Of a stretch of DNA of 9,696 nucleotides, positions 1 to 4,185 are shown piece after piece. The position numbers and the translations under genes are program-made. Each line of letters opens with the position of its first letter. Within the stretch, counting starts at the first letter, position 1. Below the pieces are notes generated by a model. It was not told the origin of the DNA. It did not search any database and was given only the letters and a program-made list of their open reading frames with translations. The DNA is from Thecamonas trahens ATCC 50062 (Eukaryota; Protista; Apusomonadida): NCBI RefSeq assembly GCF_000142905.1, contig NW_013657587.1, positions 1-9,696 of the forward strand. The letters run 5' to 3'.

Positions 1-2
1 CC

Positions 3-146
3 GGCCCGCCTCCTGGTGGTCCGCCTGCTGGTGTGCCTGGCGCGCCTCCTGGTGGTCCGCCTGCTGGTGTGCCTGGCCCGCCTCCTGGTGGTCCGCCTGC
101 CGGCGTGCCCGGTCCCCCTTCCGGCGGTCCTCCTACCGCCGCCCCA
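3..146 (+). repeat. Coding tandem repeat with a 36-nt unit (G[PA]PPGGPPAGVP), about 4 copies; may continue left of the window
   Basis: Units lie at 3-38, 39-74 and 75-110, with a degenerate unit at 111-146 (cctcctggtggtccgcctgctggtgtgcctggc). Confidence 0.9.
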
Positions 147-800
147 TCGCCTCCGCCTGCGGCTGCACCCAAGCCGGCGCCTTCGCCGCCCGTTACCGTG
201 CCATCACCTACTCCCTCGCCGCAGCCGTCGCCGCAGCCGTCGCCGCAGCCGTCGCCGCAGCCGTCGCCGCAACCCGAACCCGCGGCGGAGGAGACGCCGA
301 TGCTGTACTACGACGAGGCCGGGAACCTTGTCGATGCCGAGGGATTCCTTGTCGACGAGTTTGGGACTCGTCTCGAGGGCCAGGGCGAGGAGGCACCAAT
401 GCTCTACTACGATGAGGCCGGCAACCTGGTTAACGCCGACGGCGTGCCTGTCGACGAGTACGGAACGCCGCTTGCTGATGCTGCTTCTGCGGCGGCCGAG
501 GCACCTGCCGACGCCGACACCGAGGGACCGATGCTGTTCTACGACGAGGCTGGCAACCTGGTTAACGCCGAGGGCGTGCCGGTGGACGAGTACGGCACAC
601 CGCTTGACGACGCTGCTGCGGCTGCCCCGGCAAGCTGGAGCGTCGGCGATGCCGTTGTTGCCATTTACGCCGACGACGGCCAGTACTACAACGCGTCGAT
701 CACAGCCGTCCACGGCAACGGCACCTTTGACGTTCTTTATGTCGACTACGGGACCGGGGCAACCGTGACCGAGGCCGAGATCGCGTACCCGGCCGAGTAA
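3..800 (+). CDS. 5'-partial gene: Pro-rich protein with three acidic YYDEAGNLV repeats and a C-terminal Tudor domain
   Basis: The frame is open from the window edge (GPPPGGPPAGVP...) to TAA at 798-800. The ORF-track start at 33 is an internal GTG (Val). The C-terminus WSVGDAVVAIYADDGQYYNASITAVHGNGTFDVLYVDYGT matches the Tudor pattern (W.vGd.v.A.y..DG.yY.A.I......V.yvdYGn). Confidence 0.85.
   Translation, partial: GPPPGGPPAGVPGAPPGGPPAGVPGPPPGGPPAGVPGPPSGGPPTAAPSPPPAAAPKPAPSPPVTVPSPTPSPQPSPQPSPQPSPQPSPQPEPAAEETPMLYYDEAGNLVDAEGFLVDEFGTRLEGQGEEAPMLYYDEAGNLVNADGVPVDEYGTPLADAASAAAEAPADADTEGPMLFYDEAGNLVNAEGVPVDEYGTPLDDAAAAAPASWSVGDAVVAIYADDGQYYNASITAVHGNGTFDVLYVDYGTGATVTEAEIAYPAE
213..272 (+). repeat. 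Coding 12-nt tandem repeat (ccgtcgccgcag) encoding (PSPQ)5
   Basis: The tandem array is directly visible. Confidence 0.9.
297..605 (+). repeat. Three dispersed 24-26-aa repeats PML[YF]YDEAGNLV[DN]A[ED]GxxVDE[YF]GT
   Basis: Copies lie at 297-368, 396-473 and 528-605. Codons differ synonymously between copies while the peptide is conserved. Confidence 0.9.
636..785 (+). other. Tudor domain (SMN/SPF30/TDRD3-like)
   Basis: Aligns by eye to SMN Tudor ([22 protein letters not shown]...VVYTGYGN). The four aromatic cage positions are all Tyr. Confidence 0.8.
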
Positions 801-819
801 ACTCTACGCGGAAGCCAGA

Positions 820-2548
820 CTAGCCAAACACCTCGTCCATGTGTTGGAGCACAAAGTGGACGATGGCGTGCTGATGGCGCAGATGCTCGATCATCGATGC
901 AGCAGGCGCAGCGCCGGCGGTGCGGTGCCAGACCTCCTCCTGTGCTCGCAGCAGTGCAGGGCCAAAGATGATGGCCATGTTAGACGAAATCATCATGTTG
1001 TGATCCGACTCGGAGCAGATGGCCGCAAAGTGGTCCATGACAAACCTAAAGGTCGCGGCGTTTCCTGGTGGCAGCTGCGCCAGCACCTGTCGCAGCGCAC
1101 ACGCCGTCGCCGCAGGCGCTTGCGGCGAGTGCGCCGCCATGACCTCGATGAGATCCGGGTAGAGCCGCCAGGTCAGCAGCGGCTCCGGAAGCTCGAGTAA
1201 GAAAAGCTTGAGCACAGATGCAATGGCATGTGGGTCTTCGTGAACAAGCTCGTGCAAGTCGCATGTCTGGGCGTCGAGCCGCAGTGCGAGCTCGAGCACC
1301 TTGGCACGCGGGGCGGTCTTGCGGTAGAGGCCGATGACCCGCATTCGCTTGACTTTGGAATCCTCGAGAAATTGTGCCACACGGCGGACAACCAGCGGAA
1401 CGAGCTGGACGTTGCCACCCGCGTCACGAGGGTATCGCGCCAAGAGCAAGTCGAGCCCGACGCCGATGCATCGGGTCAGGGCCTGAGCAGCCGCCACGTC
1501 TGAAATCCACGCGTCTTTGACAACTCGCGATGGGAACGCCAATTTGAGCTTGTTCTGCTTTGAGCTCCGTCCGCCCTTGGCGTAGACGATGCGGACAACG
1601 TGCTCGTCCTCGTCGATGGCGTCGTCGACGACGTCTGGCAGCGGCGGCACGTGATCGTCGTCGGACGGGTCCATGACAGTAAGGTCGACGTCGCCGAGAT
1701 CGCCAGCTGTCGAGTAGTATGCCGCCAGGTCCGTCTCGTCCTCGAGGCTCATGACAGTTAGCGGGACGGTGTCGACCACCGCGACTTCACCAAGCGGCTT
1801 CTTGCCCTCGACTCGCTTGGTCTCATTCTTGTAGTAAGCAATCGTCGAAGTGGTGAGGACGAGAAAGGCCGGAACCCACTTGCGCTTGCGAGTGACGCCA
1901 ACACGAAGGCGGACCAGGGCTGCACCCTCGCGGATCGAACTGCGACCGGCCGAACGCGACGCGGCGGCCGCCGCCGAACCGACCTTGCGCGCAGCACGCG
2001 ACGCCGCCGACAGCAGCCGCGACGAGGCCAGCGCTTTGGACGCCAGCTGAGCGAGGTCAACAAACGGCTCGTTGACGTGGAGCCCTTGCGCGGCCGACAC
2101 CGCATGATATGGGATGTTGTACAGAAATGCCTCGGCTGACGGCTCGATGTGCGGGACTGCATGAGGCGTGCACTCACTCTTTGTCCCCACAAGCACCATC
2201 AGCGGCGCGGGATCACCGGTCATCTCGATGATGAGCCGCCGATAAACCGAGATCATCCGAAATGAGTCGAGCGAGTCGAGCGCAAAGACAAGAACAAACG
2301 CATCGGCGCTGGCAATGTGCTGCTCCCATAGCGCACCGTACGCCAGATAGTCGCCCGACATGTCGATAAGGCGCAGCTTCCACTCTTCGCGCGCTCCGAC
2401 TGCCCGGCTGGCAAACATGATATCTTCGATGGTAGGCTCGGCCACTGCAGGAAACTCGCCGTAGGCAAAGGTCTCGGCGAGGCTCGTCTTGCCACATTGC
2501 TCCATCCCGACAAGGCAAACCGTGAGCTCGTGCACAGTTCGCGGCTCA

Positions 2549-2590
<42 letters not shown>

Positions 2591-3651
2591 AGCTCGGGCT
2601 CGGGCTCCGCGTCGCCGGTCCGTGGCGAGACCGCGCTACTGCCCACCAGCGATCGCGGCGATGGCGGGGGATCATAGGTATCGGTCCGCGGAGACGGCGG
2701 GGCCGAGGCAGTGGTCGACCGCGGCGACGCCAACTCGAGTGTGCCAGGAGGTGATGAAGGGAGCTGAACAAAGGACGGTAGCGGGTCCAATTCGTTGTCG
2801 GCACATGGCGCGTTCGAGCTCATATCGTGGTCAGTGTTGGGAAACTCTGGCGCTGACGGCGAGAGCAGCGCCGGTGCGTTCTCCAGGGTCGTCAGCGGCG
2901 ACGCGACTGCCAGAGAGTGCGCGCCCGACGAGGCTGAAGACCTTGCAGCAGCCGAGGGCACCAGCAGCGGGTCTGACGCCCCATCAAAGGCCGACATCAG
3001 TAGCAGTGTCCGCTCCAGCTGCTCGACCTTAGTCTTCAGCTCTGCATTTTCGATCTCCAGCTTGGCAATTCGCGCGTTCTTGATGGGGATCGAGTCGGCG
3101 AGGGAGCGCAGGTCAGCGAGCGCAGCCTCGAGCTCGGTGATGCGCTTGGCCTGGGCCCCGCGGATCTCCGCATCCCTTGCCGCCATCGCTGACCGTGCCA
3201 GGGCCGAGCTTGGCGAGTCAGGCTTGGTCGACTCCTCGCGTAGATGGACCAGAGGCGGCGAGCCGTACAGCGGTGGCGAGGCAAGGCCCGAGCCAGGTGC
3301 GCCCGTCGGCAGATCGGCAGTGGGCGAGGGCCAGTCGGGCGAGGTGGAGAGGCCGGAGCCCATGGTGGGTGTGAACATCGGATTGGGCCGCGGCGAGCCG
3401 ATGCCTGGCGAGTGGACAGAGACCGCCATCGGCCGCGCCCGACTCGCCTTGATTGGCCGAGAATGGCTTGTCTGGTGAGGCGGATCCCGCTTGTCGTCGC
3501 CGTCTGCGGAGCCGGGTGACTGCTGCTTGCCCAGACTTGCCGTTGCCTCGCCAGCCATGCTCGCCCGAACATGAGCGAGAACAGCTTCGTCAGTGTCGGC
3601 ATCACCAAACGCTCCCGTGTTCAGTCGCGGGCGGGTTGGCTGCCGCGACAT
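820..3651 (-). CDS. RhoGAP protein with an N-terminal S/P-rich region, coiled coil, Ras-like (pseudo)GTPase domain and split PH domain (~943 aa)
   Basis: The first in-frame ATG on the gene side of the gap is at 3651 (MSRQPTRP), and the stop TAG is at 820-822. Motifs: GMEQCGKT, PTIED, DMSG, TKSE and SAA (Ras-like); WVPAFLVL...IAYYK...PLGEV...DAWISDV (PH); VPLVV...GLYR...HAIASVLKLFLLELPEPLL...NMMISSNMAIIFGPALLR (RhoGAP). Confidence 0.9.
823..1467 (-). other. RhoGAP domain
   Basis: The arginine finger is in GLYR (Arg codon 1321-1323). The LKxFLxELPEPL and NxMxxxNxAxxFGP motifs are present. Confidence 0.9.
1483..1938 (-). other. PH domain interrupted by an acidic insertion (~1603-1746)
   Basis: The pattern is IREG (beta1), basic loop RKRKW, FLVL, IAYYK and KPLGEV, followed after the insertion by VVRIV, LKLAF and the C-terminal helix KDAWISDV with the invariant Trp. 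Confidence 0.75.
2044..2529 (-). other. Ras-family-like small GTPase domain with degenerate G motifs
   Basis: G1 is at 2485-2508, G2 PTIED at 2422-2436, G3 DMSG at 2353-2364, then the ADAFVLVF...SF segment, G4 TKSE at 2173-2184 and G5 SAA at 2089-2097. Confidence 0.85.
2542..2607 (-). repeat. Coding hexamer microsatellite (gagccc)n encoding an (EP)n linker, 11 units with one EL
   Basis: A ggctcg tandem on the + strand translates to EPEPELEPEPEPEPEPEPEPEP. Confidence 0.95.
3001..3183 (-). other. Predicted coiled coil
   Basis: The segment RITELEAALADL...RIAKLEIENAELKTKVEQLERTL has a heptad pattern. Confidence 0.7.
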
Positions 3652-3800
3652 TGCGGGAGGAGTGGGGCGGGCGGCTGACGAGGAGTGGGTGAGGGTGACG
3701 GTGTGGGTGAGGGTGAGGAGAGAGGGCGGAAGAGGGCACAGAGGACGAAGAAGTGGAACCAATGGAGAGGAGGAGGAGGAGGAGGGGGGGGGGGGGGAGG
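3652..3800 (-). promoter_or_regulatory. Probable 5'UTR/promoter of the RhoGAP gene: sense-strand pyrimidine tract, (nGGGTG)-like hexamers, (GGA)n, G14 and a possible CCAAT box
   Basis: There is strong purine skew on the + strand. Hexamers lie at 3686-3718, AACCAATGG at 3757-3765 fits the NF-Y consensus RRCCAATSR, and G14 is at 3784-3797. Confidence 0.35.
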
Positions 3801-3870
3801 ACCGTAATTTTTTTCTTGTAAATGTCCTCGGCACGTGCGAGGGGTGTGGCCCACCCTTTTTCGGTGGCGG

Positions 3871-4009
3871 NNNNNNNNNNNNNNNNNNNNNNNNNNNNNN
3901 NNNNNNNNNNNNNNNNNNNNNNNNNNNNNNNNNNNNNNNNNNNNNNNNNNNNNNNNNNNNNNNNNNNNNNNNNNNNNNNNNNNNNNNNNNNNNNNNNNNN
4001 NNNNNNNNN
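3871..4009. other. Assembly gap (139 N) with probably low-quality flanks
   Basis: The N run has a G homopolymer nearby on the left and a poly-Pro-coding repeat on the right. Confidence 0.98.
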
Positions 4010-4110
4010 GCCATCACAACCGCCGCCGCCGCCGTCACCGCATCCGCCGCCATAGCCGCGTGGAGAAGCCGCCGTCCCAAAAAAAAAGCACCATCGCAAA
4101 AACCACCGCC

Positions 4111-4185
4111 CCCTCGCCGCCGCCGCCGCCGCCCTCCCCCCCGCCGCCGCCCTCCCCGCCGCCCTCCCCACCGCCTCCGCCGCCG
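4111..4185 (+). repeat. Extensin-like SP(3-6) repeat
   Basis: PSPPPPPPSPPPPPSPPPSPPPPPP is encoded by (ccg)n-rich DNA. Confidence 0.9.

Noticed and set aside
297-605. Spaced direct repeats as a CRISPR array or RHS toxin
   Set aside because: The repeats are in-frame, about 75 nt long, vary at synonymous sites and have unequal spacers. There are no cas genes or RHS core, and the context is eukaryotic.
16-768. Arg-rich 250-aa alternate-frame ORF (RRSRRRS)
   Set aside because: It is a frame-shifted reading of the Pro repeats. The Tudor domain and synonymous repeat variation identify the other frame as coding.
1690-1765. Possible intron in the PH insertion (branch-like GCTAAC on the minus strand)
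   Set aside because: The frame stays open, composition matches coding sequence, and I saw no convincing donor/acceptor pair.
3686-3718. TGAGGG-like hexamers as an interstitial telomere
   Set aside because: There are only about 5 imperfect units and no TTAGGG. It is better treated as part of a G-skewed upstream tract.
3652-4080. N-terminal extension of the 1086-aa ORF (820..4080) through the gap
   Set aside because: It is open only because Ns are read through. It starts at a non-ATG codon and translates low-complexity UTR-like sequence. ATG 3651 is the plausible start.
3835-4110. ORF-track start (3835) and the HHNRRRRR... segment of the receptor
   Set aside because: It has a GTG start, spans the gap and has no signal peptide. 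The segment looks like frame-shifted, low-quality Pro-repeat sequence.
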